A stretch of 63,435 bases of DNA, the filler included, from Reticulomyxa filosa (lineage: Eukaryota; Protista; Foraminifera): NCBI GenBank assembly GCA_000512085.1. It is 16 parts of 16 records of this genome, joined end to end, with 100 filler letters (N's around TTAATTAATTAA, not from the genome) between each part and the next. Parts side by side here need not be neighbours in the genome. Positions count along the whole stretch, not along the records: positions 18,302 to 27,408 come from ASPP01042897.1; positions 27,509 to 33,653 come from ASPP01004602.1; positions 33,754 to 39,207 come from ASPP01021374.1; 13 more parts are not named here. One strand, given 5' to 3'. Below are positions 22,065 to 34,770 of this stretch, piece after piece (within the stretch, counting starts at the first letter, position 1; each line of letters starts with the position of its first letter). A program made the translations under genes and the position numbers. The notes below the pieces were generated by a model. That model was not told where the DNA came from and made no database searches. It saw only the letters and a program-made list of their open reading frames with translations.

Positions 22065-24618
22065 TTATTCATTTTGTCTGGCTTCGTCTTTGGTCTCTGT
22101 ATTTGTGTCTTTATTGCCATCATTATCTGCATATATTAGTTCAGATTGTGTTTCGTCGCTGCTATTCGCATTCTTTGTGCTCAAATTGCCATTTGACTCT
22201 GCGGCATGTACTTGGACTAGAGCATTTCTTTCCGCTTCGGTCAACAGCAATGAAGGATTTGCAAAGAAATATAATTCGTTAATATCTTCTGGCTGTTGAT
22301 TACACATAACACAAAAACGATCACATAACTGATATAAATTGATTATTTTTTTTTGGTTGTTGTTGTTATTGGGTTGGTGTGTGTGTGTACTCAATACTCA
22401 ACATTAAATCGCCACACTCTGTAAGCTACCAGCAATAACTCGATCAGTGGTTGCCAAATGAACAAGGACAAAAAAAAGCCAAGTAATATGGATATAAGCC
22501 AACGACTAACAGATTCTCCAATTTGAAAGCCATTTTTCTCATTTAAGGTTGATGTGGAAGCGGTGTGCACGTATTGATTCATTGACCTTTGGGTTGCGCC
22601 GTACTCAGCTGCAATCTTATCACCAATATCAATCTTACTCGGGCATTTACTGGCTATTTCCTCCGAATATCCATTTTGGGCATCTCGGATCATATCAAAT
22701 CTTACCGCAAGAACTAAAGTGATGACCGCACAAACTATGATCCAAACAATAATGTACGTCCAGGCTAAATATTTGCACCAGTGCCACCAAGAATATTGTT
22801 TGTCCATAATTTTGCGACGTAATGCAGTTGCAGCTAAATACTTTTGCTCCGCAACAATAAGTAATTCTTTTTGTGTTTCAAGTTTGGCAATCTCTTGCGA
22901 TACGTTCTCTTGAGTGGTCGTTTCACTTTCGCCTTCGGTGGATGTCTTAAGGACACGAGTTAGTGTTTCAATGTCCATAGTTTCAAAGTCATTAGGCTTC
23001 CAACGTGTTGTTTTTTCTTTTTTTTCAGTAGGCAATGTGTTAATCACAGTCAATGGTTTTTGTGTTTCACCTCCATCACCAGCAGTGCTATTTGTATGTG
23101 TATCTTTTTTCTGTTCAACGAGTTCCACAGCTCCTTGTGTCTCTCCATTATTATTTGCATTTGCGTTTCCTTCACCAGCTTGTTGCACTTGTTCTCTTTT
23201 TTTTTCCTCAGTTGTATCGATACCTGTTTTCTTGTACTCTTGTTCTTGCAGCTGTGGTAAAAAAAAGAACAAAGGATGAAGGGGAAGGGGGGGGGGAGAA
23301 AGAGAGAAAGAGAGAAAGAGAGAAAGAAAGTTACACACATAAGTACTATCCAGTTTTTATGTATAATATTATTAAGTATTACACAACTTCAATGGCTTTC
23401 ATCAGGTCTTGCTGTTAAGTGAGGAGAAACGAGAAAAACAAAACAAAAGTCCTTTTTTGTTGTCATTTGTCCACCATTGCGTGTGTGTGTGTGTGTGAAT
23501 ATATTTTTATGGGTAAAGATAGTGGAGAACCAACAGAATGTGTACGTAACAGTGGCATGCAGATGCACGTATAACTCTTCTTGGTCCGTTTTTTCCTTGG
23601 TATGATAGCGTTTGAAACAAAATTTGACAAAAATCAAAGGCATTTGAATGAGAGAGGCATAAAAAGAAATGATCCAATCATTTCCCCAAGGGTTGGTTGG
23701 ATTTCCGTAAAAAAGGGCATTGACTGCGGTGAGAGTGAAGAGTTTGGCTAAAAATGAAAACAGTCTGGCTTGGCGATGATAGCCAGTGCCTTTGTATCGA
23801 AAGAACAATCCAATGACGAGATGATCGCACCGAATATTAATATACCAGAGCTGAAGGATTTTCCAGATCATAATGCTGTTGCTGCACAAGATATCGGCTT
23901 CCAATCCAATTCGAAAGTCGTGCCAATTTGTGTTTCGAAACTGTTGCCACACACCACGACTATGTGAGATCAAAGGTTTGTCATTGACATCAGGAGCAAC
24001 GTATAACAAGATTGCAAACACGACGACAGCGACCAGAACGAATACCCAGCCGGCAGGGTATTTGGCCAAATTGGAGGCATTGATGGATCGAAAGGAGCTT
24101 ATTTTTACGTAGTTGATATTGGGAGTAAAAGAGATTCCCTTCAAGCTGAAGGTGGTGGTGTGATTGCACACACAAGTCACGGCATTGTCACTGGTGTTTC
24201 GTTTCCACACATAGCAGCCATAATTGTTCCATTGCATTGTGGTGGGATCGTAATGAACGCAAGAAGGATATGAGATTTCGGATCACTGTAATTCGCCCAG
24301 GGTCTGTTTGGGATTTGAATGACAACAGGATTGCAAATCTGTGGGAAATGAGTGACCTCGTACGTATCCACTTGGATATCTCCATTATACGTCACGGCGG
24401 TTTCCAAAGTGACGGTTACATTGACATTCACGACAATGCCAGTGAAGCCATTTGCCTGTTCAAGACCAGGACTGTAAGGGTCGATGACAGACGTCACGAC
24501 AGCACAGTCGACATTGGACGAGTACTTTTGATACGCAGTGAATGCCGAGTTGGGTAATGCGACATTATCACTGCACGCAGTGGAGGAGTAGTTATGTGCA
24601 GACAGACTGGCATCAGCG

Positions 24619-24652
<34 letters not shown>

Positions 24653-27350
24653 CGTACGTGGATACTCGAGACACGGTCACATTGACTACAGGAGTGGTAA
24701 TAGTCACTTGTTCACCAGAGATCATGGAAATGGATGCCAATTGGCCGAGCTGCGTTGAAGTGTCGAGAAAGACAGAGCCATTGGTGCTCGATAGATTGGA
24801 ACAGGCAAAATTGCTGAGCACATTGCTCACGCTATTCAATCCACTCGTCACAGTAGTCTTATCCAATGCCGACGTTCCGCCCTGTGCCATCAACAGACCT
24901 GGCGCCGAGTTGGTCAGATATTGCGTGGTATTGATCACCTTGGTGGTCAATGCAACGTGCTCCGACGACGACACGAGTTGCGATGCGAGTACGCCGGCGG
25001 TGCCATTGGACGGGTCGCTCTTCAGTGTGGTGTTGCTCAAATGGCCGCAAATGTTGCCAATGCCTCTCGTTGCTGACGACATCACATTGAAGGCCTGGGT
25101 GATGCCATTGATATCCTGCGGATTCAAAGTATCCACCAGAGTCAAGCCGTACGTGACGACGGAATATGAAAAATTGACAATGATGGAGACATCATCGGCC
25201 GACACTGAGTCGAGATTACTCACGTACAGCTCGTACGCGGACGAAGCTTTGGACAGGTTTGCGACGGCTTGAGACGCTTTATACGTATTCAGTGTACCAT
25301 TCTGGTATAGTGTGTGTGTCAACATGCCGTGTACGGCACTCGCATTGTTCAAGTCGATTGGCGTCGAGGCGTCTCCCAACAGCAACGACCCGACAATGGA
25401 AGACTGTGGAGAGCTCACATTGAAAAAGCTATCCGCGGACACTCCTGAAAACGCATCCCCTTCGGATATGGTCACAGCGAGATTAATGCATGTGGCTTCT
25501 CCGTATGTATCCACAACAATGGCAATGATTTCCGATACGTCTGTGGATAAAGTGGTCGCATACATGATCTGATGTTTCGACGTGTCCAAGTAAATGCCAT
25601 TGGCGGAGTCTTCATTTCCACTACCATTCGTGGTATTGTACAGGAAATACGAAGCCACAAACACGTTGTTCATCACAAACGCTACGTATACGGCGCTGCT
25701 GCTACTGTCAGTCCACGTAGTTGCGCATGACATAGTAAATGTGTCTACGAACGCGTCACCTGTCGACGGCGAGATGGAACAAGTACCACTTTGTGGGGGC
25801 GAGTTTGCCACAAAAGTGGTTGATTTCACATTCGAGATGACCTTCTTCGCCGAGCTTGAATCGTAATACACAACAGTGAAATTCACTGTTAACTTGTAGT
25901 TATGACCAGCAGTAAACAACCCGCTCCCTTTGTTGCAAACCTCAATGGTGTATTGCGAATTCGTAAAATACCCTGCTTGCGTGTTAAACACAAACTCATC
26001 TTTTACTTCGTAATACGACGAGCTCGCTGCAAGTCGACGAGTGGCTATCTTACGTATCTGTACCGACTCGCGCGCATAGGCCAAGTCATATGTACCGGAC
26101 AACGTACTGTAGTCTTTTGACAGCTCGTATGTCGTACCTGCCGTCGTGTCGTCCAATTGCCATTTGCTCTGCACGTTCTCTGTGGTCAAGGTGCTGTAGT
26201 TCACGTTGCCGCTTGTAAAGTCCATCGTGGCTAGCACTTCAAACCGCATGCTTGGGTTCATACTGTCGTCCGAGTTCAGCAACGGCATACTCAGGCTTAT
26301 TGTCAACGTGTCGGAATTGGGCGTGGTCGGATAAGATGTTGGTGAAGTTGGGGGTTTAGTGGGCGTTTGGGTTGGGTGCGTGGTGGGTGTTTGGGTTGGA
26401 GACGAAGTGGGTGCTTGTTGCAATTGTCGTTGGTATACGTATCTTCTGGCGTTGTGATGGGCTCCATTTGCAATGCTGTTCGTGTCATTGTGACACATGG
26501 AAGAACACCACGAGTCCAATGTAGTGGACAACACACAATGATATTGGTAATGTGGTCCACAGTACAATTGAATGGATCGACACGATTGCAGGGTAGTGTC
26601 GTCCCCACATTTCAAATTGACATTGTCAAGTCCTGTTTTATCAATTATCGTTAGCGATTTACAGTTTTGCTGACCTTGCGAACAATCAATATTGCAATGC
26701 TTCCCGTTCTTGTCGTCACTGCTATGGTTTGGACAATGGACCACACTTTCCATGCAGTTTCTATCACTACGACTATTACTGTTGTTATTGCATTGTAATG
26801 TCAGCGCTTCGGCGTCTGCGGTGAGCATCTCACTGAATGCACAAGAAAAATTCCCATAGCAATTCACATTTACATTGGCTTGACGATCGACAGATATTCG
26901 ACTCCCTATAAATGCCTCATTTCCTACTGCTTCCACTACGATCGATAATGAAGGATGTGGTTCAATCATGGTCATATCTTTGGTATTCGTTTCGAAATCA
27001 ACCACACGCATTTTTGCACCACTTCGCAATCCTGTTAATGTTATCATCAATGATTCCAATCCAACATTTGACGCATCTACAATTGTCTTTTCACAGGCAG
27101 ACACTCCTTCGCAATTCACTTTGCAACTTGCTCCCGCACAATTCAAACGACTTCCATAGCAACTTTTTTTTTTTTTTTTTTTTGTTGATCATAACGTTAT
27201 TTCATTTTTTATTTGAGTAAGTCAATTCAGAACACAGAAAAGGGTAACCTGTAGGCACCAATACAATTGCATTCTCCATTTATGTTATCACAATTGATTA
27301 CTTTTGTTGTCAACATGTCAGCCAAATGACCCTGCCATTCGTGTGATCGT
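22065..27350 (-). CDS. Polycystin-1-like (REJ + GAIN/GPS) membrane protein with Cys-rich N-terminal repeats and a Pro/Thr stalk; 1-nt frameshift near 24272; 5' truncated
   Basis: REJ motif NSPPQSGTCSISPSTGDAFVDTFTMSC...W; GPS motif CVHYD...QWNNYGC...VTCVCNHTTTFSL; PKD1-like TM block YHRQARLFSFLAKLFTLTAVNALFYG; further TMs ending in SLFIWQPL. Confidence 0.8.
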
Positions 27351-27374
27351 TCCTCAACAACACCTTTTTTTAAC

Positions 27375-27408
<34 letters not shown>

Positions 27409-27629
27409 NNNNNNNNNNNNNNNNNNNNNNNNNNNNNNNNNNNNNNNNNNNNTTAATTAATTAANNNNNNNNNNNNNNNNNNNNNNNNNNNNNNNNNNNN
27501 NNNNNNNNTTTTTTTTTTTGTATACTTTTGATTGTTGCACTTTCCAATTTTTTGGAATTTTCAAAGGGGGGAAATTTTTTTTAAAAAAAAAAAAAGGCTC
27601 AAATACTACCAAAAAAAAAAAAAAAAATA

Positions 27630-28084
27630 GAAAACATCATCAATCCCTTTTAAGTGTTGGACAGTTTTCGAATTCACATTCGCCTTCTTTATCTGTTACC
27701 AGCGTTGGCTATTATCACTCCTCGCCGACATTGGCGGACGCGTCAAACTCGGCGTGCAATAAGAACTACTTGAACGAGCCAAGCATAAGCCGAAAAAGTG
27801 TGAAGAAATTTCAGTTGCCTCAGCATACGGTGGACTTCTTGCGCGTGATCACGAAAACGACGTTACTGGCTTCCATCGCGTTGCTAGCCGATATCATCTT
27901 TGGCGTGTCGTGGGTCTATTGGGAGTGGAACTTTTATGACGATGTCGAGTGGTCTTTCGGAGCCTTGTCGTATTTCTATAATATTGACACTGTCATCAAT
28001 TGCTGTTGCGTTTTGTTGTGTTTCAACTTTGCTAGTTCTCTTTATCAAAAATTTTGTCAATGCAAATGCACTGGTGCCACAGAC

Positions 28085-28122
<38 letters not shown>

Positions 28123-28378
28123 CAATAATAATAATAACAATGACACTGCTAATGATAAGTGCAATACCAGTCCTCACAACTGTTGTTTCCAGTTTTTTGA
28201 GTTTTTAACTACCAAACTCATTCTCAATAGTGTCTCTGACTCGTTTCTTATCCCGCGCCAAATCAGCGATCTGACTTTGCCTGAAAAATCCAGCATCGAT
28301 AAAACTGACACATTTGCTGAGCCCCTTACTGCCACTGGTCACGACTATGTCCCATTAAGCGAAGATGAGCAAGAATAA
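27630..28378 (+). CDS. GPCR-like 7TM protein, C-terminal part (last two TMs plus tail with poly-Asn)
   Basis: RVITKTTLLASIALLADIIFGV...IDTVINCCCVLLCFNFASSLYQKFCQC; Cys-rich juxtamembrane region; YVPL motif near the end. Confidence 0.55.
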
Positions 28379-29152
28379 TAGCTATTCCTATTCTCGTGTT
28401 TTCTTGTTGTTGTTTTTTTGTTTCATATTTCATATTTCATATTGCATGTTCTATTTTCATTTACCTGGCAGTGTACAAGTCCCTTTTTTCCCTCACCTTG
28501 CTGTTTCCTTCTATCTCTGTAAAGATAGTGTATTGTCATATTTCTTTTTTTTTTTTTTTTTTTGTGAAGCTCATAAAAAAAACTACTTCATTCATTATTC
28601 ATTATTTTTCAATTTTATACATTCATTTGTTTATCTTCGTCCAAATCGAAACAATAGCTGCTATCCACTATTGTGTATCTACTGTTCTCTATTTGAAACC
28701 CAATCTCAATTGAATTAAGATCTACAACTCACCACCTAATACAGGATTGTAGTTATTTGTTTGCTACAGCGTATATGATTGTTTATTCCAAATTTGCATT
28801 TTATCTACTTTTATTTTATTAAAAATTCGAAAGAGTGGTAGCAGTATTATATTATCTACGTACATTATGTAATTAATATTTTAATCTTTCTATATTGCAA
28901 ATATTTCAACTTTTAACTGTGACTAGTTTGTATATGTGGTCTGTGTAAAATATTCATTTTTATAGTTTTTGGATTACATTAACTGTGACACAGAATTTCA
29001 TAAAGTTCTTATCTTTGTTTATCAGAATTCTCAAGAGCGTTTAATTGCGTTATGTAAGAGGCATTGTAATCCATAAGAATTGTCTCTTATGGCGTCGACA
29101 AATTGTACTTGTCTGCTTTTTGTAAGTTCAAAAGGTTTTACATAATTATTGA

Positions 29153-29704
29153 ATGTTACCTTGGCGAAAATCCTCCAAGCATCTTATCAATTGTTCTGTG
29201 AACATAGCCAAAGGCGTTCAGTTAAACGGTAGATCTCGTTGGTGCGTCACTTCTTTTAGCAGACCGAAAATAGGTATTGGTCAACGTAGACCATTTTGGA
29301 AAAGAGAACAAAAGATAGTGTGGATGTCAAAAGAAGAATTTTCTAGTAAATATTCAGGAGTAGTCCAATTGAAAGACAAAAATCAATTTGTGGTCTACAA
29401 TGAAAAAAAAGAGATTGTAGCACACATTGATTATGAATTATTGAAAAAAGATGGAAAAGAAATCGTTGAAATTCAACACACTGTAACAGATCCAAATCAT
29501 TCCGGAAAAGGTTTTGCTGGGCAAGTTACCAAATCTCTATTTGATTGGGTTAATGCAAACAAGGATACTATGGCTTTGCAAAGCAAGTGTTCTTACACCC
29601 AGCAGTTTCTGTCCAAGTACGGAAATAAGTATGGGCACTTGTTGACTGACAATTACAAAGTTTTTTTAAAGAGTAATGGTATTTCTGTTTCTTCTCCGCT
29701 GTAG
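29153..29704 (+). CDS. GNAT acetyltransferase of the YjdJ/NATD1 type with a basic N-terminal extension
   Basis: VEIQHTVTDPNHSGKGFAGQV (motif A, GxGxA) and SKCSYTQQFL (CSY motif); single exon. Confidence 0.8.
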   Translation: MLPWRKSSKHLINCSVNIAKGVQLNGRSRWCVTSFSRPKIGIGQRRPFWKREQKIVWMSKEEFSSKYSGVVQLKDKNQFVVYNEKKEIVAHIDYELLKKDGKEIVEIQHTVTDPNHSGKGFAGQVTKSLFDWVNANKDTMALQSKCSYTQQFLSKYGNKYGHLLTDNYKVFLKSNGISVSSPL

Positions 29705-29982
29705 GTTTTTTTAATTTGAATTTTTTATCCTTTGTGCAAGCTATTAAAAAATGGCACTTGGATAGTGTTTAGATCATTGTTGTATCTTCCAAAAAAAAAA
29801 AGCGAATTTCACTTAGATCTTTTGAGCAATGTATCCCAATTTTTGATCTTGCCGATCCGATCTTTTAAAAATGTGCACATTAAAGTGCAGTAAAACGGTT
29901 AAACGAAAAACAAAGTTTTTTTAAAAAAAACAAAGGAAAGAACTAACATCATTTTCTATTATCTTTGTTATTGCGTACAAAA

Positions 29983-31291
29983 ATGTCAGCAGATCCTGTT
30001 GAAAGATCTCACAACAGGTCAGTGTGAATTTGATACAATTCCATTTCACATCGCACTAGTTTGCTTTCCTGTCAAAAAACGGTGTTTCAAAAACTAACTA
30101 CCAGAATATCTTCTCGTTCCAATTTAGAAAAAGACATGGAATTACTGCGACGGTATTCAAGTCGATATTTGCCGCAAGGTTCTGTTGGGAGCACATACCG
30201 TGCAGGACAACCTTCAGTTGATTTTAGATTTCTATTGTAATAAAGTAAATCTTTTTTTTAAAGACATGTGATTCGGCAAAGTGAGGAAGAGAGCACAAAG
30301 GGGAGGAAGGGGAGAAAGGAAGAAAGAATACGTATAAAAAAAAAAACTAACTACAAAAAAAGTTGATTAAAGAGATGGGAACAATAATAATAAAAAAAAA
30401 AATGAATTTTAGACATACACAACCGCGGGCTACAATAGCTATGGACGCGCTCCAACAATGACAACGACGTATGTTAACAGTAATGACGCAGGAATGAACA
30501 AGATTAAGCCTCAATCTTCACAAAACGATTTGACAGGAGGCGGTTGGGGCGTGATACCAAACCAGGACGAAGAGCTAAGCGGAGCAATGAGGAGCATGGT
30601 GGAATCAATGCAATCACGAGTAAGTGAACAATCGCGAATGTTATCCGAAATGGAAGAGCGTATTTTGAAAGACCCTTCGTTTGGGAAAACCGAAAATGCC
30701 GACAAATGGAGTACGTTGGAAGTGTGTTATTGGTTAAGCACTATTCACTTGGACAAATACACAAACAATTTTAGTAGCTTGAGTATCGACGGCAGTATCC
30801 TGCTCAATGATTTGGATGAAAGCATGCTTACGACTGAATTGGGCATTCAAAAGATTCATTTGAGAAAATGCATGCGTGAAATCACAAAGCTGAAAGAAGC
30901 TGTACAATCAGTTAAACTTTGTTACATATTACTTTAGTATATTGTCAACGTTGGTTATATTGTTATACGTTGTTTCACCCAACAAAAAAATTATTATGTG
31001 TGTATCCGTTGATTTGTTTGCTTTTTTTTTTTGTAATTGCATTCAATAATGTAGAGAGGGAAATTAACAAAAGGCGAAGACAAAACTCGTCGCGTTGAGG
31101 AATTAGAACGCCAAGTTGCATCTTTGCAACAAATCAATTCGAAATTAACCGAACAATTGAAAACGTTGACTGAAAGGCTCAAGGCAAAACAGTCCTCTTC
31201 CTCATCCACTCAAGAGCTTTCTTTGCAAAGCAACACCTTATCTGGTGATTCACCCGACTCCACCCCAGCAAATGGAAATGCCTCCTCGTAA
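29983..31291 (+). CDS. SAM-domain protein with a C-terminal coiled coil, multi-exon
   Basis: KWSTLEVCYWLSTIHLDKYTNNFSSLSIDGSILL...ELGIQKIHLRKCMREI fits the SAM consensus; last exon RRVEELERQVASLQQ; stop at 31291. Confidence 0.8.
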
Positions 31292-31779
31292 CGTCATGTC
31301 CTGACACACTCTACCCTTTTTTTTCCATGTTCATTCTTGTGTCCATTTGTTTTTTAATTTTTTTACCTTTAATGTCGAACAATTCGGAATTTTTTCTCTT
31401 TGCATGTTTGTGGTCGTTTTTTTTTCATCACTTGTTTTGTTGTAAAATTTTTTTTTTTGGCCAGAGATTACAATTTATGTGAACCAACTTTTTTTTCGGC
31501 TGAAAATTTAATCAAGCAAAAAAAAAAACTTGGATACCAAGATCGTTTGTTTGACAAAGAGTTAGTAAATACTTCACAAAGAGTTTATGCAGTCGTTAAA
31601 AAAAGAAGACAAAAATACAATGCATTCACTTAAAAAATTCACAGAAAAAAGCGAGTAAATATTAAACCTCCCAACCTTTCAACAAAGCAGACTCACAAAA
31701 AAAAAAAACATAAACAAAACGAAAAAAAGGCTGCACAATAGCCACTGGAGAAAAGCTTTTAAAAAAGTTTTATTACTTT

Positions 31780-33571
31780 TTACTTTGGACTCAAACTGAG
31801 TACGGAATTTGTCCGACTACCATCCAGTTCATTTTCTCCATATCTTTCAGACAAGCGCTTTTTCCAAAATTTATACGACTTTGCACCCTGACACTGCTGC
31901 TCAATTTCTTCTTCTAAATCCTTTTGAACCGAGCTGGAGTGACTTAGCTTTCTTTTTTGTGGAGACATTGGAGCCATATTTGCCCGATTTGGCTCCATTT
32001 CTTCGTCCTCTGCCGATAAAGAGTCAGTTCGACAAGGGATTACTGTTCGTTTTTCCAATGCGATTGGAGTCGGCAGAAATCGCCTCGTTTTCAACTTTGT
32101 CTTTTTGCCGTTGGGATGTTTGTCTTCCTGTGTTTGTATCTGTGTCTGGAGATTTTCTTTGTCTTCGTCCGTGTTGTTTGTCCGACCACTCCATAGTGAC
32201 TTGGCAGCACTGGCCTGATGTCCACCTGCTACATTATTAGCAAAAATTCCCGGAGACTCCAAATTCCATGACAACTGTTTGCCTGTGATTTATTTATTTT
32301 TTTGGCATGCGAAAAAAAAAAAAAAGAGTCAACAGGAAAAGGGAGAAGGTATATACACATACATAAATAAAGCAAAAAGAATACATGGTACATGACACAA
32401 GACTGGCATTATGAGGAGTTTCTTTGCGCTCATCGATATTGGACATGTTGTTAACAGTAAGAGGGGTGTCCATCATAATCACACTATTTTCAAAGTCAAA
32501 ATTTTGTTTGACGCGATCAACATGCGCGTGTCGCCAAGCACGGTCGCTCGCATGCGACGACAACGACGGCTGTAATTTGTGTGGACTGATATCAGGCTGG
32601 ATGATCCGAGGGATCGGTGAGCTGAAAAAAAACGGCGCACAAAACGTTTGATCAGGGACGTCTCCTTGCACGCCGCCTTGACAAAGGCTTGCGCCATCAT
32701 CAAACGACCAATCCGTAGGCTTGTTGATTTTGGGTAGCATTGGAGACGTTTGAGTGGACTGATGTTGCGTTGACGTGTGACTACTAGCACTGCGAGGGAT
32801 GGCCGTGTCGTTCGTCTTGTCGTGCTCATGCACAGGTCTGTCCATCCTCCTCCTTTCGAAACAGTCACTCTGAATTTTCGCAGGTGAAAGTTTGGAGCCA
32901 GTACAAGGTGGAGATGAAGGAGAGTAGAGGCAAAAGTTGCGATTCGTTTGTATCGGAGTGTGACAAACAGACAAAGAAGGAATAGGAAGAGGAGAAAGAA
33001 GAAGAGGAGGAGGAGGAGGAGGAGGAGGAGAAGATAGAGGGGGAGGGGTGCCACTTCGGCCAAGCAATGCCATTTTTTTTAAGGCTGCTTTTTTTTTGTT
33101 ACAAATCGTAGGCTCTGAAAAACAATACTCCATTTTTTCAGGCCTCAAAAAACACCTCTGTTTTTTCTTGGTTTGTGGTGCAGCGACGTCCTCTTTGACA
33201 TGGCTCTTCTCTTTCTCTTTCTCCTTGTCTTGCATCGGCTTGTCTCTCGTCGCATCGACTTGTTGATCCTCCGCCGCGTCGGACCAACAAGACGACAAAT
33301 TCACAAAGGCCATGTCTGTGGAGGCCACCTCCAAAACGCCATGACTGGCTCCGTTTCTCGGACGCTCTTGGCTCGTCAGCCACGACGTGGCGTTGTCCAA
33401 GGACAGCGCCGGGGACGTCCAAGCTCTGGAGCCACTTTTCTCAATGCTCACGCGGTGTCCCAGCGTCTTCAACTCCGACGACATAAAGTCACTCAGCAGG
33501 GTGTCACTCTGCTTCAGCGCCTCGTCGTTCAATCCGTGTTCTGGAAAGCAAGGTCGACGAGCGGGGGACAT
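31780..33571 (-). CDS. Hypothetical low-complexity Ser/Pro-rich protein, C-terminal exons
   Basis: Long GC-richer ORFs (425 aa and 164 aa) with many SP/TP sites, a poly-Pro tract and basic patches; intron at about 32290-32390. Confidence 0.6.
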
Positions 33572-33799
33572 GGGTAACTCCTGTATTGTCCCGTTTTTTT
33601 GGTTGTACGTATAAGTGAGCTCTATACATATATATATATATATATATATATATNNNNNNNNNNNNNNNNNNNNNNNNNNNNNNNNNNNNNNNNNNNNTTA
33701 ATTAATTAANNNNNNNNNNNNNNNNNNNNNNNNNNNNNNNNNNNNNNNNNNNNGTGAAAAAAAAAAAAAAAGACCGAACCGATTAGCAGATAGACCCAG

Positions 33800-34770
33800 C
33801 ATTTGTACAAAGTGTACAAAATGGACGCTCCCAAGTTGTGCTGCGAGTGCGTGCGAATGTAATACAAATACGAGCTTTCCTCTTGGGTAATGCCATCCAT
33901 AATCTCTTCAATAACGTCGCTGTTCATTTGTCTGGCTTTAATGGCCGACTTGACTTTTTTTCTCCCCGTCTTTTGGTTTAATGCGGACATCAGTCGATTG
34001 GCAATTTCGATACCCGATTTCGGCTTTGCGTCGTTCGTGCCATTGCCGTTGGTCTTCGTCACGTCGTGTTTCTCCTCATCTTTCAATTTGTCGCCACTGG
34101 CGTCACTTTCTTTGCTCGGCTTTCGTACAAACAATTCGTGTTCTTTTCCTTCACTTTCGTCATTTTCATCATCCTCATCTTCTTCTTCTTCTTCTTCTTC
34201 ATCATTATCTTCTTCATCATCATTATCTTCTTCATTATTATTATCTTCTTCATCATCATTGTCTTCTTCTTCTTCTTCTTCCTTTTCTTTCTTCTCTGTA
34301 CTCACAAGTGGTCTCAATTCGCTCAATTGCACCACACCCATGGAATGGCTTATCCTTGCATCTTTATTTATTCCCTGCGTTAAAGATTCCCCTGTTTTCA
34401 TTTCGTTGCCCCCTTTTTCTTGCCGCTCTGGGGTCCCTTTTGTTCCCGGTACCACGTTTGTCTCTTGCTCGCTTATTCCTGCTATTGGTGTTGCTGTTGC
34501 TGTTGCCACTTCGATCTTCTCTCTTCCTTCGTTGCCTTTCGACTGTGGCGTTGCTGGCCCCATTTGTGCTGACAGCGGTGAGATGTCGCTGTCCAGGCTT
34601 AACACATTTTTTTTGTCCTGAATGATCTTGCTGCTGACTTGTTTGCATCAATTTTCTTTTGCTTGCTTGTTCGATCTAGGATACTTTTTTTCTACGAGAT
34701 TTGCTTCACTTGTTGCAAAGTCTGAACTTTGCTTCTTATGTACTTTTGTTTTTTTTCTCTCCCCTCATAT
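33800..34770 (-). CDS. Hypothetical protein with a long Asp/Glu tract (possibly the 5' part of the 31780-33571 gene)
   Basis: 299-aa ORF with an acidic tract and a basic KTGRKKVK motif; upstream frame disturbed at A-runs. Confidence 0.55.

Noticed and set aside
29693-29704. C-terminal SPL as a PTS1
   Set aside because: Non-canonical tripeptide, and it conflicts with the presequence-like N-terminus.
33571-33800. Joining the two minus-strand ORFs across the spacer as one gene
   Set aside because: Plausible from strand and composition, but cannot be shown without linkage data.
33890-34625. Long + strand poly-Ser, poly-Leu/His and poly-Phe/Ile ORFs (also 39912-40313 and 24619-25272)
   Set aside because: Antisense shadows of acidic, Asn-rich or GC-richer coding sequence on the minus strand.
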